64,000 bases of DNA, from contig JBOEGF010000021.1 of assembly GCA_050633305.1 (NCBI GenBank), positions 32,001-96,000 on the forward strand, given 5' to 3'. This document shows, piece after piece, positions 27,043-37,113 of the stretch. The notes below the pieces were generated by a model, which searched no databases, was not told where the DNA came from, and was given only the letters and a program-made list of their open reading frames with translations. The position numbers and the translations under genes were made by a program. Each line of letters opens with the position of its first letter. Within the stretch, counting starts at the first letter, position 1. This DNA is from Nannocystales bacterium (GTDB lineage: Bacteria > Myxococcota_A > Polyangia > Nannocystales > Nannocystaceae).

Positions 27043-29211
27043 TTACTCGAGTTCCCAATGATAGACGCCGCCGAGGGCCGTCGAGACGGCGACGGTGTGG
27101 CTCTTCGTGAGGTCGACGGACCTCACCGGGTAGGCGGTCGGCTCGAACGATACGAGTTGCGGCATGGACGGGTCGCTGATGTCCACGATGTCGAGTCCAT
27201 AGCCGTGGCCTAGGTAGGCTCGGTCGCCATCGATGGCGGCATCGTGCGTCAGGTAGATCTCCCCGTTCTCGAAGGTTGAGAGCAGTGTGGGGGCGGTCGG
27301 GTCGTCAACGTCGACGACGTGGAAACTGCTCGAACACGCGACGATGGCGGTGCCTTGCTCGATGGCGACGCCCGAGGCGTGGGAACAGTCGGGGTGGGTG
27401 TAGTGACCGATGATGGTCGGCGTGTTTGGGTCGCTGATGTCGACGATCCGCATGCCGCCGACGCCGAACGTGGAGCCGTCGGCGAGGAACGCGAGGTCGC
27501 CATGGATCTCAATGTCGAAGGTCTGGCTGGTTGCGAGGGTGGAGACGAGCTGCGGTGAGGTCGGGTCGGAGATGTCGACAACCCGCAGCGCGCCTCCGTT
27601 GGTGGACTCGGCAACGTAGGCGTAGTCTCCGGCGACGGCCACCGCTGACGGAAAGCCTCCGGTGCTGACGAACCCTGCATGCGCGGGCACGGAAGGGTTG
27701 CTGATGTCGTAGACGTGCAGGCCGGAACTCCAGTCCGCGAGGTAGGCGTAGTCTCCCGAGACAGCGACGCCTTCGACCCCGGGTTGGTCTCCGGGCACCT
27801 CCATGCGACCGATGACCTCGAGGGTTGCAGCATCGAGGATGCGCCCGCCGAAGTAGAAGTCTGCGACCAACACGTGCTCGCCCGACACGACAGCGTCGGT
27901 ACAGTCGACACACCCCGGCGTTTCGAGCTCGTCGTCCACCGACGCGTCGCCAGAGACGTCGATGGCGAGCAGCCGGCCCAGCTCGGTCATCAGTACCAAC
28001 TCTCCGGAGCCGACGCCGGCGGCGGTTGTTCTTCCGGTTGGGAGGGGGACGACGGCGGACATCGTCACGGCGTCCGTGTCCGACCAGTCGAGCATCGAGA
28101 GGCCGTCTTCGTGGGGGAGGAATCCGCGCGAACCGTCGACAGCGACCTCGCGGGAGTAGGTCTTGTCCGTGAACAGCGAGGTCGGCAGGTTGATCTCCGA
28201 GACATCGTAGAGAGTGGTTCCGAACCCGCCGCTGGTCACCAGTTGGTCGTCCTGCGTGAACTCCATTCCGATCGGCGTCGAGACGCTCGACAGGCCCAGG
28301 AATGCCAGCGCGTTCGTTCGGTCGAGAGCGCCGACCGAGGTGCCGATGAAGCCGCCCAGCGCGAAGTAGAGTCGGTCTCCGACTGGTTGAATGTGATAGA
28401 TGCCGAACTCTCCGAGCTGGTTGAGGACCACCGGAGCGGTGGGGTCGGTGAGGTCGAACTCAAACACGCCGGCTTCGGTGTCCGACAAGAAGAGACGATC
28501 GCCGTCGATGGCGACGTCTTCGGGGCGACGGTACGCGCTCGCCGTGTAGGTGATCGTGTCGACCACTGAAGGGGCGCTGGGATCGGAGACGTCGACAACA
28601 TGCAGGCGGCCGTCGAGGTCTTGGTATTCCACCACGTAGGCCAACTCGCCTTGGACGGCGACGGCGTTCACCACCCCGACAAACGGGTCGGTCTCGCCGA
28701 GTTTGGTGACGTTGCTGGGGTCGCTGAGGTCCCAGAGTGTGAGGCGGGGGCCCTGCGCTGCAAACGCGATGCTGCCCTCGACCTGCATGTCGCGAGGTTG
28801 GCCGCCCGCATGTTCGACCTCGACGACCCAGTCGGGTTCCCCCCCCGTGCCGTCGGTGTCGCCGCCCGTCGTACTCTCGTCTCCGCCAGAGGTCGTGTCG
28901 TCGGCGCCGCCCGTAGAGGTCGTGTCGTCAGCGCCACTCCCTGACGTCGTGGTCTCTCCGCCAGTGCCGGAGGTGGTCCCGTCTGTGGTGCCACCTGCCG
29001 TGCTTCCCGATACGCTTCCGCTGGCCGCTGTGGGGTCACCGGTGCCTGTTTCCGCCGCGCCGCCGGACGTTTCACCGTCCGTCTCCCCCATACCCGCCGT
29101 GGCTTCGTCGTCGCCACATGCTGCCAGTGAGGTGGCGAGCGGCGCCGCAATCAGGAGCTGTCCGAGGAGGAGGTTGGGATTGGGGAACGGATTCAAGCGA
29201 TTGCGCAACAT
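27043..29211 (-). CDS. LVIVD-repeat lipoprotein
   Basis: Lipobox LAAC; Thr/Gly linker; many repeats such as LHVVDVSDPSAP, LHVYDISNPSVP, LRVVDISDPTSP, LDIVDISDPSMP. Confidence 0.9.
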   Translation of the reverse strand: MLRNRLNPFPNPNLLLGQLLIAAPLATSLAACGDDEATAGMGETDGETSGGAAETGTGDPTAASGSVSGSTAGGTTDGTTSGTGGETTTSGSGADDTTSTGGADDTTSGGDESTTGGDTDGTGGEPDWVVEVEHAGGQPRDMQVEGSIAFAAQGPRLTLWDLSDPSNVTKLGETDPFVGVVNAVAVQGELAYVVEYQDLDGRLHVVDVSDPSAPSVVDTITYTASAYRRPEDVAIDGDRLFLSDTEAGVFEFDLTDPTAPVVLNQLGEFGIYHIQPVGDRLYFALGGFIGTSVGALDRTNALAFLGLSSVSTPIGMEFTQDDQLVTSGGFGTTLYDVSEINLPTSLFTDKTYSREVAVDGSRGFLPHEDGLSMLDWSDTDAVTMSAVVPLPTGRTTAAGVGSGELVLMTELGRLLAIDVSGDASVDDELETPGCVDCTDAVVSGEHVLVADFYFGGRILDAATLEVIGRMEVPGDQPGVEGVAVSGDYAYLADWSSGLHVYDISNPSVPAHAGFVSTGGFPSAVAVAGDYAYVAESTNGGALRVVDISDPTSPQLVSTLATSQTFDIEIHGDLAFLADGSTFGVGGMRIVDISDPNTPTIIGHYTHPDCSHASGVAIEQGTAIVACSSSFHVVDVDDPTAPTLLSTFENGEIYLTHDAAIDGDRAYLGHGYGLDIVDISDPSMPQLVSFEPTAYPVRSVDLTKSHTVAVSTALGGVYHWELE

Positions 29212-29235
29212 GGGGAGACCCTCGTTTGTCGAGAA

Positions 29236-29263
29236 GACGAAGGCTGAGGCGGTTCGATCACTC
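29236..29263 (-). promoter_or_regulatory. ECF-type promoter AGTGATCG-N15-CGTC for the LVIVD gene
   Basis: TGATC 29260-29256, 16-nt spacer, CGTC 29239-29236. Confidence 0.7.
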
Positions 29264-29308
29264 CCGTCGCCAGAAAAAAGAAAGAGTGCGCGATTTGCAC
29301 CCCCCAGC

Positions 29309-29335
29309 AGTGATCGGTTCCTGTTGTTGAGCGTC
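29309..29335 (+). promoter_or_regulatory. ECF-type promoter AGTGATCG-N15-CGTC for the kinase-ECF operon
   Basis: TGATC 29311-29315, 16-nt spacer, CGTC 29332-29335; identical elements to the divergent copy. Confidence 0.7.
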
Positions 29336-29345
29336 ATCTCCGGCG

Positions 29346-32084
29346 ATGGATGTCGGTGATCCACGCCCCAGCCCCCCGGGCTACACTGCTTGCGAGCCAG
29401 AGTTTCCCGTCTCTATGGAGGAGCGAGCCGCAAACGCATCCGATCTCGACCGCGGTGACGTTCTTCCGCTGCGGAAGATGCTCGAGCAGAGGGCCCGCGA
29501 TCAATCTGAACTCGCCCTGGCCGAGGCGACACTTGCTCGCGAGTCGGTCCGCAATCGGCTGTTCAACACCGACGCGTCGAACAAGATCGACCGGTACTCG
29601 GTGATCAAGCGTATCGGTCGTGGTGCGATGGGCTCGGTCTACCTCGCCTACGACGGTCATCTCGACCGCAAGGTCGCGCTGAAGATCATCCGCCGGGCTT
29701 CCGAGGACGACAACGCGTCGCGGAACCTGCTCGAGGCACGGGCGATGGCCCGCGTCAAACACCCGGCCGTTGTCGGGATCTTTGACGTGGGGCGATTCGA
29801 CCGGTGGCTGTTCTTGGCGATGGAGTATGTCGGCGGCCTGAGCGTCCGGCAGTGGCTCTCCGAAGCTCGACGTGACTGGAGGGAGATCGCGGAACACTTC
29901 GCGTTCGTCGGCGACGGACTCGCAGCCGCGCACCGGGCAGGAATGTCCCACGGGGACATTAAACTCGATAACCTGCGTTTCAGCAGCGCAGGCAAACTTC
30001 GTGTGTTGGACTTTGGGCTGGCGCGTTTCGCCGAGCAGTCCGACGGTGAGGCTGGTACGGCAGGGGGGACGTTGGGCTACATGGCCCCCGAGTTGCTTGC
30101 GGGGCAGCGCCCGGGTGGGTTGAGCGACCAGTTTGCGTTCTGTGTGAGCCTTTGGGAGGCGCTCTCGGGCGAGCGACCGTTTCCCGGTCGAAGTGTCGCG
30201 GAGCAGCGAGTGTTTCATCGCGCCAAGCTTCCGGAGCTGCGTGTGTCCGGTGTGGGCAGCTCCGCACTACGAAACTGCCTGCGGCGTGGCTTGGCCAGGT
30301 CTCCGGAGTCTCGTTATCCCAACATGGACCAGCTGCTCGAAGTACTCGGTGCGTCGATTCGTCAGCAGCGGCGGGTCCGACGTACCGCGTCTGTGGCGGC
30401 TGTCGTGGGGGCCTCGATCGGGGTGACCTCGCTCGTTGTGGCGAGGGACGAGCGCCCCTCGTGCGAAGATGTCGCGTCGCTCGAGCACCAGCTTTGGACT
30501 GCCGACGAACGCTCGGCCGTGGCGGGGGCGTTTCTCGGGGATGCCGAACGTCGGACCGACGGTCGTGGTCGGCGGTTGCTGGCGGCACTCGACACGTACG
30601 CACATCGCTGGGCCGTCCGCTCGAATGAGAGTTGCGAGGCTCGCGATGGGGATGAGGACGCGGCCTCCGCCGAGCTCCTTCAGCTGCGCGTCTCGTGTCT
30701 GGAGGGCGCGAGGACCGGATTCCGGGCGCTGGTCGGGGCGCTCGGCGAGTTGGAGCCCGACGGTGGCCGGCAGATGCTGATGCGCAGCGGTGACGTGACC
30801 GGGGCGCTCGCGGACCCTGCGGCGTGCAGCGACGCGAGCGTGGTCATGTCGCTCGGGGCACCCGCTTCGGACGCTCAGCGAGACGACGTGATCAGCGTGA
30901 GCACCGACCTCACGCTGGCGGAGGTGTACCGGCGCTTGGGCAATCTCGAGCTCGCATCGGAGTTGACCGCGACCGCGCTCGAAGAGGCGGACGCGCTCCG
31001 TCACCCCCCGCTGCAGGCCGCGGGATATTTGGCGCGGGGCCTGCTCCTCGCAGATACCGGAGACATCGAAGCATCGGCGTCTCACCTCCGAATCTCGTTG
31101 GGCCACGCCCTGCGCGGGCAGGACAACGAGACGGCGGCAAAGGCGGCCGAGCAGTTGGCTCACATCGTCGGTTACGAACTCGCGCGGCCGACCGAAGGCG
31201 AACACTGGCTCTGGATCGCAGAGGAGATTCGCTTGGGTCTTCCCGCAGAGGCTCGGGACACGGCTGCGATCAACTCCATCCGGGCGGCGATCCAGGTTCG
31301 CGCCGGTGACTATGAGGACGCGGTCGTCTCGTACACGCAAGCGATCGCCGACACGAGACGGACGAACGAAGCCAAGCAGCAGGACTCGAGTAGCGATCCT
31401 CTCCTGGCAACACTGCACAACAACCTTGGCAGTGCGCTGAGTCTGTTGGGCCGAGAAGGGCGAGCGCGACGCCACTTCGCGAGCGCGCTCGATATCCGGC
31501 TTCGGGCGTTGGGCAATGACCACCCGCTGGTCGGGTCCGCGTTACGAAACCTGGGGACCGCAGAGATGGAGGCAGGAGAAACCTCCGCCGCGCAGGAACA
31601 CCTCGAGCAGGCGCTGGCCATCCAGGAGCGCGCCTATGGACCGGACAGCCTGCGCACGGTCTATACGTTGACCTCGCTCTCGCGTCTGCACTGCCGCGCG
31701 GAGGAGTTCGAGGTGGGCTTGTCACTCGCGTCTCGGGGGTTGGCGTTGCAGCGCCGTGAGCTCGGCGGTGACCATCCCGTCACCGGAGAGTGTCTGGCTG
31801 TCCTCGCGCATTGCCAGATCGGCGCGGGCCGGCTCGACCTCGCGCGGACCGTACTGGTCGAGCTTTCGGGCGTGACCGAGGCCCACCCGGACGATTGGCA
31901 TCTGCAGATTCGTTCGCTCGACCTGCGGGCAGCGGTGAGCATGGCCGAGGGGAGCTACGCCGCGGCCGCGGAGACCTACGATTCCGTCGCCGCACGGTGG
32001 CGGGAACAAGGGAGAGAGACCGACGCGGTTCGGGCGAGTTCAGATGCGGTTCGGGCACGCGCTCGGATCGAGCCGGACCCGTGA
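29346..32084 (+). CDS. Membrane Ser/Thr protein kinase with C-terminal TPR repeats
   Basis: IGRGAMGSVY, VALK, HGDIKLDN, DFG, GTLGYMAPE; TM; Cys-containing helical domain; TPR_12-like NNLGSAL...LGNDHPLV; start could be 29414. Confidence 0.93.
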   Translation: MDVGDPRPSPPGYTACEPEFPVSMEERAANASDLDRGDVLPLRKMLEQRARDQSELALAEATLARESVRNRLFNTDASNKIDRYSVIKRIGRGAMGSVYLAYDGHLDRKVALKIIRRASEDDNASRNLLEARAMARVKHPAVVGIFDVGRFDRWLFLAMEYVGGLSVRQWLSEARRDWREIAEHFAFVGDGLAAAHRAGMSHGDIKLDNLRFSSAGKLRVLDFGLARFAEQSDGEAGTAGGTLGYMAPELLAGQRPGGLSDQFAFCVSLWEALSGERPFPGRSVAEQRVFHRAKLPELRVSGVGSSALRNCLRRGLARSPESRYPNMDQLLEVLGASIRQQRRVRRTASVAAVVGASIGVTSLVVARDERPSCEDVASLEHQLWTADERSAVAGAFLGDAERRTDGRGRRLLAALDTYAHRWAVRSNESCEARDGDEDAASAELLQLRVSCLEGARTGFRALVGALGELEPDGGRQMLMRSGDVTGALADPAACSDASVVMSLGAPASDAQRDDVISVSTDLTLAEVYRRLGNLELASELTATALEEADALRHPPLQAAGYLARGLLLADTGDIEASASHLRISLGHALRGQDNETAAKAAEQLAHIVGYELARPTEGEHWLWIAEEIRLGLPAEARDTAAINSIRAAIQVRAGDYEDAVVSYTQAIADTRRTNEAKQQDSSSDPLLATLHNNLGSALSLLGREGRARRHFASALDIRLRALGNDHPLVGSALRNLGTAEMEAGETSAAQEHLEQALAIQERAYGPDSLRTVYTLTSLSRLHCRAEEFEVGLSLASRGLALQRRELGGDHPVTGECLAVLAHCQIGAGRLDLARTVLVELSGVTEAHPDDWHLQIRSLDLRAAVSMAEGSYAAAAETYDSVAARWREQGRETDAVRASSDAVRARARIEPDP

Positions 32085-32122
32085 ACGGGGGAACGCTCGG
32101 CCGCGAGATTCGGTACTCTCGA

Positions 32123-32719
32123 ATGGAGATGGCCTCGGACCTCGAACTCTATCGCCAGTGGCGCGATGGCGATGGCCCGAGCGGCGAGCTGCTGTTCGAG
32201 CGGCACTTCGAGATGGTGTTCTTGTTCTTCCGAACACGGGTCGACCAGGCCGCAGAGGACCTTGCCCAGCAGACCTTCTTGGCCTGCATTCAGGCCCAGC
32301 CTGGCTTTCGCGGTGATGGCTCGTTTCGCGCGTACGTGCTTGCTGCCGCCCGCACACGTCTGTACGACCACCTCCGCAAGACGCAGCGCAGGGGGGCCCA
32401 GGTCGACATCGAGGAGTATTCGATGGAGGACCTGGGGACGACTCCGAGCCAGGCGATCGCGAAAGATGAAGATCGTCGCCTGCTGGAACTTGCGATGCGA
32501 CGACTCCCCATCGCACTCAACCTAGCGATCGAGATGTACTACACGCAGGGGCTACGAGGCCCGGAACTCTCACGAGCACTTGGCGTGCCGGAAGGAACGG
32601 TTCGCAGCCGCATCCGGCGTGCGCTGGCGAAGCTTCGCTCCGAAATGGAAGCGCTGGGTGCCGGCGAGGTCGACGTCGAGCGAAGCACCCGCACGCTCGA
32701 CGCCGACGGAACCGAGTGA
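32123..32719 (+). CDS. ECF sigma-70 factor
   Basis: SDLELYRQWRDGD, AEDLAQQTFLAC, FRGDGSFRAY, LGVPEGTVRSRIRRA. Confidence 0.92.
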   Translation: MEMASDLELYRQWRDGDGPSGELLFERHFEMVFLFFRTRVDQAAEDLAQQTFLACIQAQPGFRGDGSFRAYVLAAARTRLYDHLRKTQRRGAQVDIEEYSMEDLGTTPSQAIAKDEDRRLLELAMRRLPIALNLAIEMYYTQGLRGPELSRALGVPEGTVRSRIRRALAKLRSEMEALGAGEVDVERSTRTLDADGTE

Positions 32720-32864
32720 GCGGGTACCGCGTGCTCCCATCGACGGGCTGCGCGCTCGGCGGACGGCTGGCCACGCCAACGCGTGGCGTTTTCACATCCA
32801 AAGGCTGCAATATTATGGTCGCGTAAATATGTAAGTCAAAATACTCTTCTCGGCGACAGTGTTC

Positions 32865-33695
32865 ATGCTTACCGCGTCTCTCGTTCTCGCGTCGTCCTTT
32901 CTTGCCGCCGCTCCAGCTGGGTCGCCCGAGGATGCGGCGCCGTCGTGTTCACTGGTACCCGTCCGCTCGTTCTCGGTGCTGCCGCGCGAGGGGGGAGCCA
33001 CCGACGCGATCGTGATCGTCGCGGCGGAAGAGGGGCGCCCGAGCCCCGCCACGGCCACCGTCGATGTCGCGGACGATGCGGGCACACTGGCCAGCATCGA
33101 GCTGGACAAGCCTGTGCCCGCCCAGATCTTCGAGTTCGGAAGCGCGCCCAAAGCCGGCGTCGCACCCATCGTGGTCGAGAGCGCCACCGGAAGCATCGAG
33201 TTCGAGGTCGAGCTCCCTCCCGGACCGATCGAGGGTCGCTTCGAGGCGCAGCGGCTCGGCCCTGCGAAGGAGTTTCTGGGAAAGTGGCGGGTCGAACTGC
33301 TCGCCCGCCGAGGTTTCGAGGGGGCCAGCCCGGTGTTCTCGGTGGTCGTCAGTGCCGCGCGTCCCGAACTCGTCGAAGGCCTGACGGTCAGGCTGGGCGA
33401 GCAGTCGTCCAGCGGGGGGGAAGCCGGGGTGCGTTTCGCGGGGCGCGACAAGACAAAGAGGCGTCGTCGCAAATGCGACTTCAGGAACTCGGACATTGTC
33501 ACGATCAACATCTACGTGAGCGGCAACGATCGTCTGTGGACGGGGAACACCTCCACGGCCGCCGCGGCTGCGGGTCCGGGTCTGGAGGCCGTGGGCGGCG
33601 AGGCGTGTGAAGGGCCCGGTGCGAAGAAATCTGGATCCGGACGGCGCCGGTATCGACGCCATCATTCGCTGATCGACCGCAGCCACGCGAACTGA
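32865..33695 (+). CDS. Hypothetical exported protein
   Basis: Signal-like N-terminus, beta-rich body, AT-rich upstream region; no family recognised. Confidence 0.5.
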   Translation: MLTASLVLASSFLAAAPAGSPEDAAPSCSLVPVRSFSVLPREGGATDAIVIVAAEEGRPSPATATVDVADDAGTLASIELDKPVPAQIFEFGSAPKAGVAPIVVESATGSIEFEVELPPGPIEGRFEAQRLGPAKEFLGKWRVELLARRGFEGASPVFSVVVSAARPELVEGLTVRLGEQSSSGGEAGVRFAGRDKTKRRRRKCDFRNSDIVTINIYVSGNDRLWTGNTSTAAAAAGPGLEAVGGEACEGPGAKKSGSGRRRYRRHHSLIDRSHAN

Positions 33696-33828
33696 AGGAG
33701 GACCGACGACCTCGACGCCGACACCGTTTCGCCGGGCCCAGTTTCCGCGATCGGTGAGCTTCCCAAGGCGGCGGAGTCCAAGAGCGTGTCGCACCGCGCC
33801 GCCCTTTTTCGCGTAGGCTCGCCCGGTC

Positions 33829-36690
33829 ATGGCGCAGCAGACCACGGGTGGCACGAGTGCGGGGGGTTCGGACGAGCTGTCGACGGTGATGGGGGTGGTG
33901 CGAGAGCTCGTCGTCGAGGTCAGCGATGGCCGAGGACTCGGTCGCCTGACCTCGAATGTCTCGTTCGAGCGTGAGCTGGGCTTGGGCTCCTTGGAGCGCG
34001 TCGAGTTGGCGGTTCGGGTTGGTGAAGCGATGGGCGTTCGGCTGTCCGAGGATGCGATCTCCACCGCGGATACACCGGCCCAGCTTCTCGAGCATGTGAT
34101 GGCAGCCCGAGGGCACAGCGTCGCCCGTGAGGTTGCGACCGATGGGGCAAGCAAGCGAGCGCTGCTGCCCTCGGAGGCCCCCGCTCCACGTCCCGAGGAC
34201 GCGAAGACCTTGGTTGAGGTCATGGAGCATCACATGCGTGTGCAGCCCGATCGGGTCCACATGGTGCTCGAGGATGACGATGGTCGGGCCACCCCGATCA
34301 CCTATCGAGACTTGCACCAAGCTGCGCTTCGGGTCGCGGCTGGCTTGCGGAAACGAGGACTCCAACCCGGGGCCTGCGTGGCGATCATGCTGCCCACCGA
34401 ACTGGGCTACTTCGCGTCGTTCGTCGGGGTGATGCTGGCCGGAGGGGTTCCTGTTCCGCTGTACCCGCCGGTCCGGCTCGATCGAATCACCGAGTACATG
34501 GCGCGGTGCGAGAAGATTCTCGACAACGCGCAAGCGAGTATCTTGATCACCTTCGACCGGGCCGCGCGTGTCGCCGAGATCGCCCGCGATCGGGTGGCGT
34601 GCATCGAACACGTCGTCTCATCGAAGGTCCTGCTCGAGGAGACGGGTGAAGCAAGCAGCGTCCGCGCCGACGTGACGCAGGACGACACGGCGCTGATCCA
34701 GTACACCTCCGGGAGCACAGGGGATCCCAAAGGCGTCGAACTCACGCACGCCAACGTCGTAGCCAACATCCGGGCCTCCGCCGCAGGGAGTGACCTTCGC
34801 GGCGACGACGTGATGGTCAGCTGGCTGCCGCTGTATCACGACATGGGACTCATCGGCGGCTGGCTGATGTGCTTCTACGGAGGCTCGCCGACGGTGCTGA
34901 TGTCTCCGATGGCGTTCTTGTCTCGACCTCTGCGTTGGTTGCAGGCGATCTCGGACTATGGCGGCACGATGTCGGTCGCGCCCAACTTCGCGTTCGATCT
35001 GTGCGTCAAGCGAGTCCCCGCCGATGCGATCGAGGCGCTCGACCTGAGCAGCATGCGGGTGCTGCTCAATGGCTCGGAGCCGATCACGGTCAAGACTCTC
35101 GACGACTTCATCCAGCGATTCGGACCCGCGGGGATGCGCTCAGGTGCGTTGTTCTGTGCCTACGGGTTGGCCGAGAACATGGTCGGGGTTGCGTTCCCTC
35201 CGGTCGGTCGGGGTCCTCGGATCGATCGCATCGAGCGCGTGACCTTCGAGGAGGCCGGCCGAGCGGTTCCGACCGACGACGCCGACGCGTTGGAGTTCGT
35301 GGGCGTGGGCATGGCCCTGCCGCTGCACGAAGTTCGCATCGTGGATGAGAAGGAGCAACCGGCCGCAGACCGAGTTCAGGGCACGATTCAGTTCCGCGGA
35401 CCGTCGTCGTTCAAAGGCTATTTCCGTCGTCCCGATGTGACCGCGGAGGTCCAGCGCAAGGAAGGCTGGGTCGACACCGGCGACCTCGGCTATCTCGACG
35501 ACGCTGAGTTGTTCATCACCGGCCGTGCCAAGGACCTGATCATCAAGGGCGGTCGCAACTATTACCCGCATGAGTTCGAGGCCGCCGCCACATCGGTCGA
35601 CGGTGTTCGGCAGGGATGTGTCGCCGCGTTTGCGGTCCCCGATCCCAACACCGGAACCGAGCGGGTGGTCGTCATCGCCGAAACCCGCGAGCAGGACGAC
35701 ACATCCCGGGAGATGATCCAAGCACACGTCGTGGAGGCCGTGACCGCGGCGGTCGGAATCCCGCCCGACGAGGTTGTGCTGGGCATCGTCGGCGCGGTTC
35801 CCAAGACTTCCAGCGGCAAGATTCGACGCCGCGAGGCCCGTCGCCTCTACCTCGAAGGGACCGTCAACCGCCCCCGAAAATCCGCGGCTCGACAGACCGC
35901 TGGACTGTTCGCCAAGAGTCTTCCCCAACGGGCCGGGCAGGTCGCACGCAAGGTTGGGGCGGCGGTGTACGGCGGCTATGCGGCGGCTACACTTGGGACG
36001 ATCGCGTTCTCGGCCCCGGTTCTGGGGCGTGTCGCGCCCGCTGGAAAGGCCTCTCGGCGCGTGGCAGCGACCCAAGCCAAAGCGGCCATGACCCTCGCTG
36101 GCTTGCGCCCGAAGGCCAAGGGCCTGGAGAACCTTCCCTCTGGGGCTGCGCTCATCGTCGCCAACCACAGCGGTTACCTCGACTTCTTGATCTGCACGAG
36201 CGCGCTCCCACCTGGGGTTCGTTTCGTGATCAAGGGAGAGATGAGGCAAAACCCTCTGATGGGTCCCGTGCTGGAGAAGATGGGACATGTCTTCATCGAT
36301 CGCCATTCCACCGCCCGCTCGCTGAGCGATCTGGAAGAGGTGGTCGCGCTGCTCGAGGCCGGAGAGCGCGTCGTGGTGTTTCCTGAGGGCACCTTCAACG
36401 CCGAGATCGGGATGCGGGCGTTCAAGCTCGGGGCGTTCAAGCTGGCGGCGCGGACCGGCGTCCCGGTTGTTCCGGTGGCGATTCGAGGTTCCCGCAAGGC
36501 TTTGCGTGACGGAACCTGGCTCCCCAAGCACCGCGCGATCGAGGTCGAGGTCCTTCCCGCGATTCAGCCGGGCGGTGAGACGCTCAGTGAGATCGTGTCG
36601 CTCCGGGACCGCTGCGCCGAGGCCATCGCGGCCAAGATCGACGAGCCTCGGCTGTTCGCCGCGGACATTCGAGTGCCTGGCGCCGAGTAG
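33829..36690 (+). CDS. ACP + fatty acyl-AMP ligase-like adenylation domain + PlsC-type acyltransferase fusion
   Basis: ACP LGLGSLERVEL; QYTSGSTGDPKG, SWLPLYHDMGLIG, YGLAE, TGDLG, PKTSSGK; NHSGYLD (HX4D) and FPEGT. Confidence 0.93.
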   Translation: MAQQTTGGTSAGGSDELSTVMGVVRELVVEVSDGRGLGRLTSNVSFERELGLGSLERVELAVRVGEAMGVRLSEDAISTADTPAQLLEHVMAARGHSVAREVATDGASKRALLPSEAPAPRPEDAKTLVEVMEHHMRVQPDRVHMVLEDDDGRATPITYRDLHQAALRVAAGLRKRGLQPGACVAIMLPTELGYFASFVGVMLAGGVPVPLYPPVRLDRITEYMARCEKILDNAQASILITFDRAARVAEIARDRVACIEHVVSSKVLLEETGEASSVRADVTQDDTALIQYTSGSTGDPKGVELTHANVVANIRASAAGSDLRGDDVMVSWLPLYHDMGLIGGWLMCFYGGSPTVLMSPMAFLSRPLRWLQAISDYGGTMSVAPNFAFDLCVKRVPADAIEALDLSSMRVLLNGSEPITVKTLDDFIQRFGPAGMRSGALFCAYGLAENMVGVAFPPVGRGPRIDRIERVTFEEAGRAVPTDDADALEFVGVGMALPLHEVRIVDEKEQPAADRVQGTIQFRGPSSFKGYFRRPDVTAEVQRKEGWVDTGDLGYLDDAELFITGRAKDLIIKGGRNYYPHEFEAAATSVDGVRQGCVAAFAVPDPNTGTERVVVIAETREQDDTSREMIQAHVVEAVTAAVGIPPDEVVLGIVGAVPKTSSGKIRRREARRLYLEGTVNRPRKSAARQTAGLFAKSLPQRAGQVARKVGAAVYGGYAAATLGTIAFSAPVLGRVAPAGKASRRVAATQAKAAMTLAGLRPKAKGLENLPSGAALIVANHSGYLDFLICTSALPPGVRFVIKGEMRQNPLMGPVLEKMGHVFIDRHSTARSLSDLEEVVALLEAGERVVVFPEGTFNAEIGMRAFKLGAFKLAARTGVPVVPVAIRGSRKALRDGTWLPKHRAIEVEVLPAIQPGGETLSEIVSLRDRCAEAIAAKIDEPRLFAADIRVPGAE

Positions 36691-36696
36691 GAGGCC

Positions 36697-37113
36697 TCAG
36701 GCGTGGCGGAGCATCGAACGCAGCACGGTCAGCTCTGTTTGCGCGCGACGTTGCTCGCCTCTGGAGATGGCCGTGCCCAGGCGTGTGACCGGAACCTCCG
36801 GGTGTGCGCATGCTCGGTCGTCTTGCTGGCGACCGATCGGGCACTTGGCGCACTGCCAGTCGAGGGTCCGGCACAGCGGCAACACGAGCATCAGCGCATC
36901 GAACGTTTCCGGCCAGTCCGTTGCAAACCACGGGTCGATCGTCCGCTGGGCGATGGAGACGAGCCGGGTCCACTCCCGATGTGACCCGAGGGTCTTGTCG
37001 AGAGACTCGACCTGCTCGGAGGCCACGCTGAGGGCGACCTCGAGCGTTCCACCACGCTCGGTCCAGGCTTCGACGGCCGCATTCGCGGACCGTAGTTCCG
37101 CCCCGGTGCTCAT
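36697..37113 (-). CDS. Hypothetical protein with a four-Cys cluster
   Basis: ATGA-coupled to the FMN reductase; PLCRTLDWQCAKCPIG...ACAHP. Confidence 0.6.
   Translation of the reverse strand: MSTGAELRSANAAVEAWTERGGTLEVALSVASEQVESLDKTLGSHREWTRLVSIAQRTIDPWFATDWPETFDALMLVLPLCRTLDWQCAKCPIGRQQDDRACAHPEVPVTRLGTAISRGEQRRAQTELTVLRSMLRHA

Noticed and set aside
33829..36690. NRPS/PKS cluster or ElbD ether-lipid synthase
   Set aside because: No condensation, ketosynthase or reductase domain.
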